A stretch of 64,000 nucleotides of DNA from Gammaproteobacteria bacterium (GTDB taxonomy: Bacteria > Pseudomonadota > Gammaproteobacteria > Ga0077536). Below the pieces are notes generated by a model. It ran no database searches. It worked only from the letters and a program-made list of their open reading frames with translations, and was not told the DNA's origin. Of this stretch, positions 19,492 to 29,662 are shown one piece after another; within the stretch, counting starts at the first letter, position 1, and each line of letters starts with the position of its first letter. The position numbers were made by a program, and so were the translations under genes. Where the stretch lies: assembly GCA_963662545.2 (NCBI GenBank), contig CAXXLL010000003.1, positions 1,824,001 through 1,888,000 on the forward strand, given 5' to 3'.

Positions 19492-19599
19492 GTTGGGCAT
19501 AACAGCGGTGAGTGTTCACTTTCTTGATGAATGAGAAGGCTTTGGCGTGCAGAAGTTTGTGGTCATAAAATCTCTCCGTCTCGGGAAAGATAGTGCACG

Positions 19600-19983
19600 A
19601 TGAATAACGCAATAAAGGGAGCGCTTTGGTCAGGTTTGATATTTCCGGGTCTGGGTCAGATCGTTCTAAAACACTATAAACGCGGTACTGTCATCATGCT
19701 TACGGTTTTGGTAAGTCTGGCGGTTGTTGTCGTAAAGTCAGTACAACACGCTATTGCCATCCTAGAGAAAATTGAGTTGGAAGGGGGGGTAATCAGTATC
19801 ACTACCATCTCGAATGCAGCCTCCAAGGCATCCACCACTTCCGGTAATCTCACACTAAATTTCGCCTTGTTGTTGATAATTTTCTGTTGGGTCATTGGCA
19901 TCGTTGACGCTTACATAATCGGCAAGAAAAAGGACTTCGACGAAGGTTCTACGAGACAAATTTTAAATGGCGCTGACGATTGA
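19600..19983 (+). CDS. Small AT-rich membrane protein, probable gene cassette
   Basis: WSGLIFPGLGQ motif and 2-3 hydrophobic segments; composition differs from the flanks; lies between attC-like sequences. Confidence 0.7.
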   Translation: MNNAIKGALWSGLIFPGLGQIVLKHYKRGTVIMLTVLVSLAVVVVKSVQHAIAILEKIELEGGVISITTISNAASKASTTSGNLTLNFALLLIIFCWVIGIVDAYIIGKKKDFDEGSTRQILNGADD

Positions 19984-20021
19984 TTACATGACCAGCGAGG
20001 CGAACCCATGACTGATGCGGA

Positions 20022-20040
20022 ACATAACAAACGAGTGAAC
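20022..20040 (+). other. Truncated left arm of a second attC-like site
   Basis: ACATAACAAACGAGTGAAC shortly after the cassette stop; no matching right arm visible. Confidence 0.4.
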
Positions 20041-20057
20041 GGCGTGGTTGCAGGGCG

Positions 20058-20432
20058 ATGACCGCTTACCTGCTCATTACCGGTTTCATTTTTCTGCTCT
20101 TCGGTCTGGGGGCGCTGTTCAAGCCCATAGAAACCATCGCCTTCCCGTACTCGTTGAACGCGGACCACGTCGACGCGAAGAATTACCTGCGTTCGGGGGC
20201 GGGGGGCGTCACCGTCGCCTGCGCGGTAGTGTTCATCGCCGCAGCATTCATTCCGACGCTGGTGTTCTCCGCCTTGCTATTGGCGGTCGTGCTCATGGGT
20301 GGGTTGCTGTTCGGACGGATGGTCAGCCTCGGCCTCGACGGTAAGCCCGGCATCGTTCCGCGTATCGCAGCAGGCGGCGAAGCGCTCGGTTTTGCACTCG
20401 GGGTTTACTGGCTTTGGGGCATCGGCGTATGA
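20058..20432 (+). CDS. DUF4345-like membrane protein
   Basis: Four TM segments, GRMVSLGLDGKP motif. Confidence 0.7.
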   Translation: MTAYLLITGFIFLLFGLGALFKPIETIAFPYSLNADHVDAKNYLRSGAGGVTVACAVVFIAAAFIPTLVFSALLLAVVLMGGLLFGRMVSLGLDGKPGIVPRIAAGGEALGFALGVYWLWGIGV

Positions 20433-20627
20433 ATTACGTTCCCGCTGCCGACAACTCGAAAAGAGCGGTTCCTGCTTAAGCGCCGCCAGCCGTCGATATC
20501 AAGAGGCGCGAGACTCGGGAATCGGACTCGCCAATGCATCGAATTCGCGCTGAGTTTTTATCCGACCCGGTTCATAAAACCGCGTTCGATCGCGTAACAT
20601 AAAGAGGCCATTCCCCGGGAGCGCACC

Positions 20628-20921
20628 ATGGCTACCCCGCGACCACAAGCCGAGCCCTCGAAGCAATTCGAAACTGATCGCGTCATCGTGACCCAATGGC
20701 GGTTTCCGCCGGGTGCCGAAACCGGATGGCATCGGCACGGGTACGATTATGTCGTAATTCCCCTGACCACCGGCTCCCTGATGCTCGAATCAGCAGAGGG
20801 TGAGAAAACTGCCGAACTCAAGGCCGGCCGGTCCTATGCCCGTAGCGAGGGCGTTGAACACAACGTGATCAATGCGAACGATTTCGAATTTTCATTCATC
20901 GAGGTCGAATTAAAGCCGTGA
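20628..20921 (+). CDS. Cupin domain protein
   Basis: PGAETGWHRHGYDYVV and GVEHNVIN cupin motifs. Confidence 0.85.
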   Translation: MATPRPQAEPSKQFETDRVIVTQWRFPPGAETGWHRHGYDYVVIPLTTGSLMLESAEGEKTAELKAGRSYARSEGVEHNVINANDFEFSFIEVELKP

Positions 20922-20940
20922 TGGAGCAGTTTAAAAGCTG

Positions 20941-21321
20941 ATGACTGGCGAAGCGCTGCCCACCGAATTCAACAACGACACTATCGTCGACGGCTATGAC
21001 CTGGTGTTCGATCAGGGTGACAAACTGAATAGCAGCCTTTACTTGTGTACGCCGCGCGGCGGCGACGCGACGGATGCTTTGCGCCTGCTCGCATCCTTGC
21101 GCGCTGCGGATCTGTGGTCCGATGATTTGGAAAAGCGCGTGGCGGACGACCAGCGGCAGGCCTACAAAGACGAGCTCGAATTCATCGAGGCGCGGGCCTT
21201 CCGCACGGATGGTGGTCACGTCGCCGTCGCACGGTTCAACCATCCGAAGTTCCCGTCCGACGAGGGCCGGTGGCGGGCATGGGTCGATTGCATTGGTGAA
21301 GCGTATGAGCGCGTCCGGTAA
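20941..21321 (+). CDS. Hypothetical protein
   Basis: 126-aa ORF with normal codon style, tightly packed after the cupin gene; no motif recognised. Confidence 0.6.
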   Translation: MTGEALPTEFNNDTIVDGYDLVFDQGDKLNSSLYLCTPRGGDATDALRLLASLRAADLWSDDLEKRVADDQRQAYKDELEFIEARAFRTDGGHVAVARFNHPKFPSDEGRWRAWVDCIGEAYERVR

Positions 21322-21526
21322 GGTGATTCAAGGCCGCTGCCTGTGGGGTGCGCTCGCCGTGAAGATCACTACGCCCGTCGCCAGTATGGGTCATTGTCAT
21401 TCCCGCATGTGCCGCGATTCGCGGCCTATCCCGAAGATTTCGGTTAAACGCATGGCTACTTCGACCCTTTCGATTCGATCCGGGCCCACGCTACGCGCGT
21501 GCAGAAGAAGGGCATCGAGCGTTCTT

Positions 21527-21910
21527 ATGGGCGGGCGAACCCATTGGACGTGGTGCGCCGCTTTGATGCTATTGACGGCATGCGGCGCGGGCGAAGAGCG
21601 CGTATTCGATGAATACGAATCGCCTGACGGTGCATGGACCTTGCGGGTGACCGTTGCCGAATCGCGCATGCCGCACGGCCAATTTCACGTTGGTGCCTAT
21701 CTGATCAAGCGCGGCGGGACAGCAGGTCCCAAGATCCTGGATGAAAGGCTCGCCAACGACGGCGTGCCGTTCACTGCGAAGAACGTCGCCGTGCGCTGGA
21801 CCGGCGCGGGAAAAATTCTGATGTGCCTGCGCGCGACGGATCTTCCCGACCGCGGGCTGCGTATCGAAATTGGGGAGCCGCTTCGTATAGAGAACGTGGA
21901 CCAGTGCTAG
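21527..21910 (+). CDS. Predicted lipoprotein, function unknown
   Basis: LLTA|C lipobox, YESPDG beta motif. The upstream part of the 278-aa ORF looks non-coding. Confidence 0.6.
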   Translation: MGGRTHWTWCAALMLLTACGAGEERVFDEYESPDGAWTLRVTVAESRMPHGQFHVGAYLIKRGGTAGPKILDERLANDGVPFTAKNVAVRWTGAGKILMCLRATDLPDRGLRIEIGEPLRIENVDQC

Positions 21911-21937
21911 GAGGGCTTCTACTGTGGCGGTGCAAAC

Positions 21938-22264
21938 ATGACCCGAGCTGAGGGGCGTAACCAGCGCGTCTGGAACGTGGTGTCTTGCATTCCCAGCGGG
22001 CGCGTCGCCACCTATAAACAGGTTGCTGCACTGGCCGGGATCGAAGGTCCGACTGGTGCGCGCCAGGTGGGTTATGCGCTGTCTGCGCTCGGTCCGGGCA
22101 ACGATGTCCCGTGGCACCGGGTGGTGAACGTGAAAGGCACGATCTCTCCGCGGGGGCGCGACGGTGCAGCTGGCGAACAGTACGACCGCCTCGCCGTCGA
22201 AGGCGTCCGATTTGACGGTTTCGGGTGGATCGATCTCCGAGAGTTCGAATGGGATTACCGCTGA
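21938..22264 (+). CDS. atl: Alkyltransferase-like protein (Atl/YbaZ, MGMT family)
   Basis: IPSGRVATY, ARQVGYAL, PWHRVVN (Trp in place of the catalytic Cys). Confidence 0.85.
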   Translation: MTRAEGRNQRVWNVVSCIPSGRVATYKQVAALAGIEGPTGARQVGYALSALGPGNDVPWHRVVNVKGTISPRGRDGAAGEQYDRLAVEGVRFDGFGWIDLREFEWDYR

Positions 22265-22277
22265 AGGGAGTGGTGAG

Positions 22278-22685
22278 TTGTCAACGGGCGGCGAAAAAGT
22301 GAGGAATCATGCTCCGACTATTCTGCTGGGCGCGAGCATCGTCGCATGGATTACGTGGAATGCCTCGATGTCTCCGTCCGCGGGCCCGCCTGTCGTATGC
22401 GACAGAGACGTCATTCCCGATGCGGGGACGGTCGTCATGTTGAGCGCCTCGTGGTGTCGCTATTGTAGAAGCGCGCGGGCTTATCTACAGGACGAAGGGA
22501 TCGTCCACTGCGAATACGACGTTGAGACCACGCCCGAAGGACGGCGACAGTTTGCGGAAATGACCGTCAAGATGCTCCCCGTATTGAAGATTGGCGAAGA
22601 CATTCTGGTCGGTTTCAGCCGCGCTGAACTCGAGCAGGCCCTCGTCGCGAACGGCCTGGTGGATCTGGCCGATATCGCTGATTGA
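22278..22685 (+). CDS. Membrane-anchored glutaredoxin-like protein
   Basis: N-terminal hydrophobic segment, WCRYC, LPVLKIG, LVGF. Start uncertain (TTG 22278 with SD, or GTG 22299). Confidence 0.75.
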   Translation: MSTGGEKVRNHAPTILLGASIVAWITWNASMSPSAGPPVVCDRDVIPDAGTVVMLSASWCRYCRSARAYLQDEGIVHCEYDVETTPEGRRQFAEMTVKMLPVLKIGEDILVGFSRAELEQALVANGLVDLADIAD

Positions 22686-22829
22686 CAGATACCTGTTCGT
22701 GCGCAAGCAGGCACTCACCCAGATTTCACCGTCGAGGGGTTTGAAGGCGCGCGCCGTATACCGCCGCTGGCTCTCTGCATCACGTGCGGCGGTGAAGTAG
22801 GACACCCGGTTCGAGATCCGAATGGTTGC

Positions 22830-23744
22830 TTAGTCCGGGAAGACGACCGTCGCCGCATCGAACACCGGCCCGTCGACGCACACCCGTTTCATCGTCGGTC
22901 CCTCCAGAGTGTTGATTGTGACGGTGCATCCGGCGCAGCCGCCGACGGCGCAGGCCATGAATTCTTCGAGCGAGATCACACATGGCAGGGCAAATTCGCG
23001 CGCGAGTGCGGCAACTGCACGTAACATCGGCGTGGGCCCGCAGGCGAAGATCTCGATGCCCCCCCGCTCCACGCCGGTGTTTTCGATCCAGGCGCGCGCC
23101 AGATCGGTAACGAAACCGTCGTAGCAGCCCGGGTAAGCCTGCCGGCTCGCGAGGCGCGAGGCAATGCCCCAATCGTCCAGCAGCGGCATGGCGGCGATGA
23201 CCCCGTCGGGTATGCCACCGGCGATGATCTGCGACGGTCGTGGGCGAAAGGGAAATGGGATTTCCGAGCCCATCAACACGATTGGTTCAACGTTTGCGCC
23301 CGTCGCGCGCATGTGCTCGGCGAGAAAGATCATCGGTGGAATGCCGACGCCGCCGCCGATCAAGAGCGGCTGTGCGCGGTAGCCCAGCAGACGAAAGGGT
23401 TTACCGATCGGGCCGAGTAAGCTTAAGGTCTCGCCGACTTTTCGCTCGGCCAGAAGCGCTGTGCCGCGACCGTGCACCTTGAACAAAATGTCGATCCATC
23501 CCTGTTCGGGCGACGCCCGCATCACCGACATCGGTCGCCGCATGAGCAGTTCGTCCGCACAGCGCATGTGAACAAAACTGCCCGGCCGGGTGCGTGCGGC
23601 GATTCGGGGGCATGCGAGGCGCAAGACGAATTGCGCACCATCGTATTGCTCCTTGCTCAGGACTTCGGCGTCCTCGAGCAGGATGGTCCCGCGGTGCCCC
23701 CGTGAGGGCTCGGGCGCCGTGGTGGCGTCGATGGCGATCGCCAC
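22830..23744 (-). CDS. pyrK: Dihydroorotate dehydrogenase electron transfer subunit
   Basis: RRPMS, GGGVGIPP, CGPTPM, MACAVGGCAGC...RVCVDGPVF [2Fe-2S] motif. Confidence 0.88.
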   Translation of the reverse strand: MAIAIDATTAPEPSRGHRGTILLEDAEVLSKEQYDGAQFVLRLACPRIAARTRPGSFVHMRCADELLMRRPMSVMRASPEQGWIDILFKVHGRGTALLAERKVGETLSLLGPIGKPFRLLGYRAQPLLIGGGVGIPPMIFLAEHMRATGANVEPIVLMGSEIPFPFRPRPSQIIAGGIPDGVIAAMPLLDDWGIASRLASRQAYPGCYDGFVTDLARAWIENTGVERGGIEIFACGPTPMLRAVAALAREFALPCVISLEEFMACAVGGCAGCTVTINTLEGPTMKRVCVDGPVFDAATVVFPD

Positions 23745-23745
23745 G

Positions 23746-25026
23746 TCAGTTCTTCGCCTCGAACACTGTGCGTCCATCGACGAGCGTCATTACGACCTTG
23801 CCGCGCAATCCGCGCCCCATGAATGGCGTGTTCTTGCCACTGCTCAACATGGCCTCCTCGCTCAGCCGCCATTTGAGCGCGGGGTCAAAGATGCAGATAT
23901 CGGCGGCGTCTCCGACACCGATCACGCCGCTATTGAGCCCCAGGATCCGGGCCGGTTCGAGCGCAGCGGCGTTAATCGCGCGTTTGAGATCCATCGCGCC
24001 GTCGTCGACCAGTTCGAGCATCAAGGGTAAAAACGAATCGAACCCGGATATTCCGGGCTCCGTCGCACTGAACGGTGCCGCCTTGGCATCGCTGTCGTGG
24101 GGTTCGTGATGAGCACTCAGTGCCTCGATATGACCTTCGCCCAAACTTCTGCGTAACTGCGAGCGGTCGCGGCGCGATCGAAACGGTGGCCGTACGTGGC
24201 AGGCGGCATCAAAGCTGCCGATGTCTTCGTCGCACAGAAAGAGGTGTGCGATGCCGACGTCGCTGGTGACTGCGAGACCGGCTTTCCGCGCATCTTTCAA
24301 GTACTTCGTCGAGCGCCCGCACGATAGCGTGCGGAAGTGGGCGCGCACCCCCGCTTCTTCGATCAGCAGAAGATCGCGTCCAAGACCGATCAGTTCGGCT
24401 GCGGACGGAATGCCGGGAATACCAAGACGGGTGCTGACGGCGCCCTCGTGCATCGAGCCCGGTGCACCGAGCCAGGGATCCTCCGCATTGAGAAAGACGG
24501 TCATATCGAGAGTCGAAGCGTAGGCCATCGCGTGTTTGAGTACGTTGGAATCCCGTATCACGCGCCCGGCGTTGGCGACGCCAACGCAACCGATGTCCTT
24601 TAGTGCATACATTTCCGCCAGGATCTCACCGTCGAGGCCGCTGGTTAACGCGCCGATACAGCGTACGCGCGCACCGCGCACACCCTTGGCGCGCTGAGTG
24701 ATGAGCTCGACCACCGCGGGTGTGTCGATTACGGGCAAGGTGTCCGGCGTGCAGCATACCGTCGTGAAGCCGCCGGCCGCCGCGGCGGTCAGTTCGCTCG
24801 CAATAGTCGCCTTGTGCTCGGCGCCGGGTTCGCGCAGCGCTGCCCCGATTTCCGTAAAGCCCGGACAGACGATCAAGCCCGACGCGTCGATTTCACGCGC
24901 AGCCTTGAATCCGGATGGGGTGCGGCCGATGCCGACTACCATGCCCCCATCGACGAAAAGATCGGCAGTCTCGTCACGGTTGTTACCTGGGTCGACAAGG
25001 CGGCCGTGGCTGATTTTAAGTTTCAT
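23746..25026 (-). CDS. pyrC': Dihydroorotase-like protein, probably inactive PyrC' (structural ATCase subunit)
   Basis: Amidohydrolase fold; the metal-binding HxH is replaced ([14 protein letters not shown]) and DHAPH reads HHEPH; overlaps the pyrB end. Confidence 0.85.
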   Translation of the reverse strand: MKLKISHGRLVDPGNNRDETADLFVDGGMVVGIGRTPSGFKAAREIDASGLIVCPGFTEIGAALREPGAEHKATIASELTAAAAGGFTTVCCTPDTLPVIDTPAVVELITQRAKGVRGARVRCIGALTSGLDGEILAEMYALKDIGCVGVANAGRVIRDSNVLKHAMAYASTLDMTVFLNAEDPWLGAPGSMHEGAVSTRLGIPGIPSAAELIGLGRDLLLIEEAGVRAHFRTLSCGRSTKYLKDARKAGLAVTSDVGIAHLFLCDEDIGSFDAACHVRPPFRSRRDRSQLRRSLGEGHIEALSAHHEPHDSDAKAAPFSATEPGISGFDSFLPLMLELVDDGAMDLKRAINAAALEPARILGLNSGVIGVGDAADICIFDPALKWRLSEEAMLSSGKNTPFMGRGLRGKVVMTLVDGRTVFEAKN

Positions 25027-25990
25027 TCGCCGTCGCTTGCGTCCCCACGGCCATCGACATCACCGCCATGCGCACGGCGATACCGTGGGTGACCTGTTGC
25101 AGGATGACCGAGTGCTCGCCGTCGGCCACGGCGGAATCAATCTCCACCCCGCGATTGATCGGACCCGGGTGCATCACGATGGCATTGGCCGCTGCCCGCT
25201 GCAGCCGCGCTGGCGTGAGTCCATAAGTGTGGAAGTATTCATGACCACTCGGCAGGAGCGCGCTTTTCATGCGTTCCTGTTGTAGGCGCAGCATGATGAC
25301 GACATCGGCCTGGTCGATGCCGCGTTCCAGATCGTAGTGCACTTGAACGCCCAGCTGCTCGATCTGTGCGGGGATCAAGGTCTTTGGCCCGACCACCCGG
25401 ATCTCGGGCACGCCCAAAGTCGCCAGCGCGTGAATCTCTGAACGCGCGACGCGTGAATGAGCGACATCACCAACGATGGCGACGATGAGATTTTCGAAAT
25501 TCGCCTTGTGTCGCCGGATGGTGAACATGTCTAACATCGCCTGCGTCGGATGTGCATGGCGTCCATCTCCGGCGTTAATGACACTCACACCGGGTGCGAC
25601 TTGGCGGGCGATGAACTCCGCTGCACCGCTGTTGTGATGGCGTACGATGAACATATCCGTCTGCATGGCCTCGAGCGTGCGCAGCGTATCGGCCAGGGAC
25701 TCTCCTTTACTGGTCGCGCTCGCCTCGATGTTCAAATTCATCACGTCGGCCGAAAGACGTTTCGCTGCCAGGTCAAAGGTCGTGCGCGTGCGGGTGCTCG
25801 GCTCAAAAAAGAGGTTGACCACGGTTTTGCCGCGCAACAGAGGGACTTTTTTCACCGCTCGGTCGCCGACTACGGTGAAGCGCTCGGCATTGTCGAGGAT
25901 CTCCACGAGCAGGGCCCGCGGTAATTGTTCGATCGTCAGAAAATGTTTTAAGCGGCCTTGACTATCGAGTTGAATGGTCTGGTGCGGCAT
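25016..25990 (-). CDS. pyrB: Aspartate carbamoyltransferase catalytic subunit
   Basis: [26 protein letters not shown]. Confidence 0.96.
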   Translation of the reverse strand: MPHQTIQLDSQGRLKHFLTIEQLPRALLVEILDNAERFTVVGDRAVKKVPLLRGKTVVNLFFEPSTRTRTTFDLAAKRLSADVMNLNIEASATSKGESLADTLRTLEAMQTDMFIVRHHNSGAAEFIARQVAPGVSVINAGDGRHAHPTQAMLDMFTIRRHKANFENLIVAIVGDVAHSRVARSEIHALATLGVPEIRVVGPKTLIPAQIEQLGVQVHYDLERGIDQADVVIMLRLQQERMKSALLPSGHEYFHTYGLTPARLQRAAANAIVMHPGPINRGVEIDSAVADGEHSVILQQVTHGIAVRMAVMSMAVGTQATANET

Positions 25991-26072
25991 CAGCGGACGA
26001 CGACGCGGCGGGTTTCAATGAAAAAAAACGTCGGACCGGTGCCGGAGCGGCCGGCCGCAATAGCGGGAGCTT

Positions 26073-26588
26073 TCAGGCCTTGGTCGCGCAAATCTCGAGT
26101 CGCAGGGGGTCAGGCCCGAGGAGTTTAACATGCTCTCCGGGGCTTAGCGTGATCCGGGTTCCATACACGTTTGCATCGATGGGCAATTCGCGCCCGCTAC
26201 GGTCGACCAGCACCACCAGCGAGATGGAACGCGGACGACCGTAGTCGAAGATCTCGTTCATTGCGGCGCGAACTGTGCGTCCGGTGAAGAGGATGTCGTC
26301 GACCAAAAGCAGATGGCGGTCGGTGACGTCAAACGGCAATTGCGACGGCTCGACCGTCGGGTGTATGCCGATGCGGCTGAAATCGTCGCGATAAAAAGCG
26401 ATGTTGAGTTCCCCCAGCGGCTCTTTCAGGTCCAGCGCGGCGAACAGACGTTCAGCCAGCCACACCCCGCCCGTGCGGATACCGATGAGGACCGGGTTAT
26501 CGAGCTCGAGGTCGCGAAGATGCTGCGCGAGGCGCTCGCCGATATCGTCGATCAAGGCTTCGACGTCGATATCTTCAAACCCGGACAT
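26073..26588 (-). CDS. pyrR: Bifunctional pyrimidine regulator / uracil PRTase PyrR
   Basis: GIRTGG, FYRDD, VDDILFTGRT, RELPI. Confidence 0.92.
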   Translation of the reverse strand: MSGFEDIDVEALIDDIGERLAQHLRDLELDNPVLIGIRTGGVWLAERLFAALDLKEPLGELNIAFYRDDFSRIGIHPTVEPSQLPFDVTDRHLLLVDDILFTGRTVRAAMNEIFDYGRPRSISLVVLVDRSGRELPIDANVYGTRITLSPGEHVKLLGPDPLRLEICATKA

Positions 26589-26604
26589 GATGTCGCTCGA
26601 TCGA

Positions 26605-27000
26605 TTAATTTTCCGAGAACCAGGATTCGAGTATGACACGGGCAGCGACGGCATCGACACCGCTCCGCAATGAGTCCGGATCTCGTTCGGCAGCGTAGGT
26701 CGACAAGGTCTCATCGACGAACAATACCGGGATTCCAAATCGTCCCTCCAAGCGCCGCGCGAAACGGTCGATCGCTGCGGCCAGGGGGTGTTCCGTGCCG
26801 TCGGTCGTCACCGGCTTGCCGAGAACGAATCGCTCGGGAGCCCACTGTTCGATGAGTGCGCTCAGTGCGTCCCAGTCGGGATGGCCGTTTCTGACATGGA
26901 CCGTGTCGAGCGCGCGGGCAGTGCGGCTGATATCTTGCCCGACCGCCACTCCGATACGCCGCATGCCGAAATCGAAGGCGAGATAAGTGCTTCCCGCCAC
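26605..27000 (-). CDS. yqgF: YqgF/RuvX nuclease
   Basis: LAFDFGMRRIGVAVG, VDETLST, DAVAARVILE. Confidence 0.92.
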   Translation of the reverse strand: MAGSTYLAFDFGMRRIGVAVGQDISRTARALDTVHVRNGHPDWDALSALIEQWAPERFVLGKPVTTDGTEHPLAAAIDRFARRLEGRFGIPVLFVDETLSTYAAERDPDSLRSGVDAVAARVILESWFSEN

Positions 27001-27003
27001 CGC

Positions 27004-27564
27004 TCAGGAATGACCGACGTCGCGCGAGATCGAGCCCAGATCGATACCGATCAGATGGGCTGCGCACTGCCAGCGCTCGTCGACCGCCGTGGTAAAAATG
27101 ATCTCCAGGTCGGCGGGGCCACTGAGCCAGGCGTTCTGCGCCATTTCCTGTTCGATCTGTCCCGCGCCCCAGCCGGCATAGCCGAGGGCTACCAGCGTGT
27201 CGTCCGGGCCCTTTCCTGCCGAGATGGCTTCCAGGATATCGCGCGAGGTCGAGACGCCGACTTCCTGATTGATGGTGATGGTCGAGCTCCACTCCCGGGC
27301 AGGTCGGTGAATCACGAAGCCGCGATCCTGGTGCACGGGTCCGCCCTGGTAGACCGGGCGCAAGGCCACATCCGGATCGTCGATGTTCAAATCCATCTGC
27401 GAGAGTACCTCGCCGAGTTCAATTTCGAGTGGCCGGTTGATCACGATCCCCATCGCGCCTTCCTCGCTGTGGGCGCATATATAAGTCACGGTGTGATGAA
27501 AATTCGGATCAGCCAGGGCCGGCATCGCGATCAAAAAGTGGTTTGTGAGGTCGAGGTCATGCAC
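27004..27564 (-). CDS. yqgE: YqgE/AlgH family protein
   Basis: FLIAMP, GGPV, LGYAGWGAGQIEQE. Confidence 0.92.
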   Translation of the reverse strand: MHDLDLTNHFLIAMPALADPNFHHTVTYICAHSEEGAMGIVINRPLEIELGEVLSQMDLNIDDPDVALRPVYQGGPVHQDRGFVIHRPAREWSSTITINQEVGVSTSRDILEAISAGKGPDDTLVALGYAGWGAGQIEQEMAQNAWLSGPADLEIIFTTAVDERWQCAAHLIGIDLGSISRDVGHS

Positions 27565-27631
27565 TTCAGCGACCAGTATTCCTCTCCGGACGCACACATT
27601 CAAGGCGCGGGTGCAATCTGTCCTAACCCGC

Positions 27632-28636
27632 TCAGCGTGCCGAAAACTTATTGCTGTTGAGGAATTTCCAGGTTCTGGTGACGTGCAGAATGTCTACTTC
27701 CCTGCGAATAGCGGGAGGAAAAGGCGCAAATGGTGAGGCGAGCTCAACGATCCGAATGGCGGCGTCGTCGAGAACCTTGTGCCCGGACGAGCGCCTCACG
27801 GTGATTTCCTGGACCGAGCCATCCGGATTGAGCGCGACGTCGAGCAGTAAATTCCCCGACAAGCGCCGGCGCCGGGCCTCGTCCGGGTAGTTGATATTGC
27901 CGATACGCTCCACCTTGGCGCGCCAGGCTTCCATGTAGGCCGCATAACGATATTCGCGCGTATTAGCGGAAATGTATTTACGCCGCGGACGCTTGGCGCG
28001 GGAATCGAGCCGTTGTTGCAGTTCCGCGTTGAGACTCGCGAGGGCGAATGAACGGGTCAGCAACTGTGCGGCTGTGGGCAGCGGCGGGGATTTGATCTGC
28101 GGACGCGGCGGCTTTTCCGCATCGCGCTGCGGGCTCTCGATCGGCGCGGGCGCTGCTTCTTCGAGCCGGTCGGGTTTTGCGAGATCGGCATCGGTGGCCG
28201 TCTCGACCAGGCGTTGTTCCACTTCTGCCGCGGCGTCGGCGGGCTCATCGGGCGATGCCTCAATCGGATCGGCAAGGGCAGCCTGTTCCGCCGACGAGGC
28301 GGGCAGCGGCTCGACCGGAGGCGCCGGCGTCGACGTAATGTCGGGCGTCTGGGCGGGAATCGGCGCCTTGACGGGCGCCGCCGGTGGATCGCTTTGCTCG
28401 GCATCGCCGCCGCCGATGAGGTTGGCCTGCGCCAACATGTCCGCATCCTCGGGCGCGCGATCGGATTTCTCGGGAACGAGGATGATTTCCAGTGATTCGT
28501 AGCGCGCTTCGGGCACCGGCTCGGGAGCGAAGCTTACGCCGAGCACCACCATGGCGTGCACGATAATGGCGAGGCAAATGGTCAAGCCCAGACGATCGTC
28601 TGGCGTGATGACCGGTTTTATCGCAACTGCGCTCAA
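27632..28636 (-). CDS. tonB: TonB family energy transducer
   Basis: N-terminal TM with His, Pro/Ala-rich linker, YPDEARRR, SSGHKVLDDAA; located between gshB and yqgE. Confidence 0.85.
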   Translation of the reverse strand: MSAVAIKPVITPDDRLGLTICLAIIVHAMVVLGVSFAPEPVPEARYESLEIILVPEKSDRAPEDADMLAQANLIGGGDAEQSDPPAAPVKAPIPAQTPDITSTPAPPVEPLPASSAEQAALADPIEASPDEPADAAAEVEQRLVETATDADLAKPDRLEEAAPAPIESPQRDAEKPPRPQIKSPPLPTAAQLLTRSFALASLNAELQQRLDSRAKRPRRKYISANTREYRYAAYMEAWRAKVERIGNINYPDEARRRRLSGNLLLDVALNPDGSVQEITVRRSSGHKVLDDAAIRIVELASPFAPFPPAIRREVDILHVTRTWKFLNSNKFSAR

Positions 28637-28708
28637 ATTGCGGGTCCATCCTCCCGCTCAGCGGTTGCCTTTCGCGATCTGGAGCATGGCGTGAATTGCT
28701 GCCGTTTG

Positions 28709-29662
28709 TTACAACCGTGCATCGATGGCCGCCATCAATCGTCCGCCGATATCGACGTCGAATTGCGCTTCGATCTCGCGAACGCAGGTCGGGCTGGTGA
28801 CATTTATTTCCGTGAGCTTGTCGCCGATCACGTCGAGACCCACGAATATCAAACCCCGTTGCTTGAGTTCGCCCGACACGCGCTCGCATATCGCGCGATC
28901 GCTGGCCGACAGGGCTTGGGCGACGCCCCGTCCGCCAGCGGCGAGGTTGCCGCGCAATTCTCCCTCCGCCGGTATTCGCGCCAAGGCATAGGGCACAGGT
29001 TCGCCGTCGACCATGAGAATGCGCTTGTCACCCTCGGCAATGGCCGGGAGATATCGCTGCGCCATGCAATAGCGGTGTTCGAGATCTGTGAGTGTCTCGA
29101 ATATCACGCTGGCGTTGGCATCGCCTTTCTGCACGCGGAACACGGACGCGCCGCCCATGCCGTCTAGAGGCTTGACCACGATATCGCGCTCGGTCTCGAG
29201 GAACGACCGCAGATCGCGCATGCGGCGCGTGACGATCGTCGGGGGGCACAGTTCAGAAAACCAGGCGGTGAACAGTTTCTCGCTGGCATCACGGATCGAA
29301 CGAGGATAATTGACGACGAGCGTGCCGTCGATCTGTGCGCGTTCGAGCATGTAAGTCGCAAACACGTATTCCATGTCGAAGGGCGGATCCTTGCGCATTA
29401 GAACGCAGTCGAGCCGCTTCAGCGGTTCCGGTACTTCGACCGCCGGCCCCTTGAAATCAAACCAATGTTCGAGAGAATCGTGGACGACCAGTGGACGGGT
29501 CCGCGCGCAGGCACGACCGTCGATCAAAACGAGGTCTTTCATCTCCATGTAGTGCAGTTCCCAACCGCACGCGCTCGCGGCCAGCAACAGCGCCAAGGTC
29601 GTGTCCTTCTCAGGCGTGATCCCGGCGATGGGATCCATGATTACGCCGAGGCGTTTTGGCAT
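28709..29662 (-). CDS. gshB: Glutathione synthetase
   Basis: MDPI, MRKDPPFD, KPLDGMGG, RGNLAAGG, EINVTSPT. Confidence 0.96.
   Translation of the reverse strand: MPKRLGVIMDPIAGITPEKDTTLALLLAASACGWELHYMEMKDLVLIDGRACARTRPLVVHDSLEHWFDFKGPAVEVPEPLKRLDCVLMRKDPPFDMEYVFATYMLERAQIDGTLVVNYPRSIRDASEKLFTAWFSELCPPTIVTRRMRDLRSFLETERDIVVKPLDGMGGASVFRVQKGDANASVIFETLTDLEHRYCMAQRYLPAIAEGDKRILMVDGEPVPYALARIPAEGELRGNLAAGGRGVAQALSASDRAICERVSGELKQRGLIFVGLDVIGDKLTEINVTSPTCVREIEAQFDVDIGGRLMAAIDARL

Noticed and set aside
20041-22685. Small co-oriented genes as a continued integron cassette array
   Set aside because: No attC-like TAAC...GTT palindromes seen between these genes, and their composition matches the backbone.
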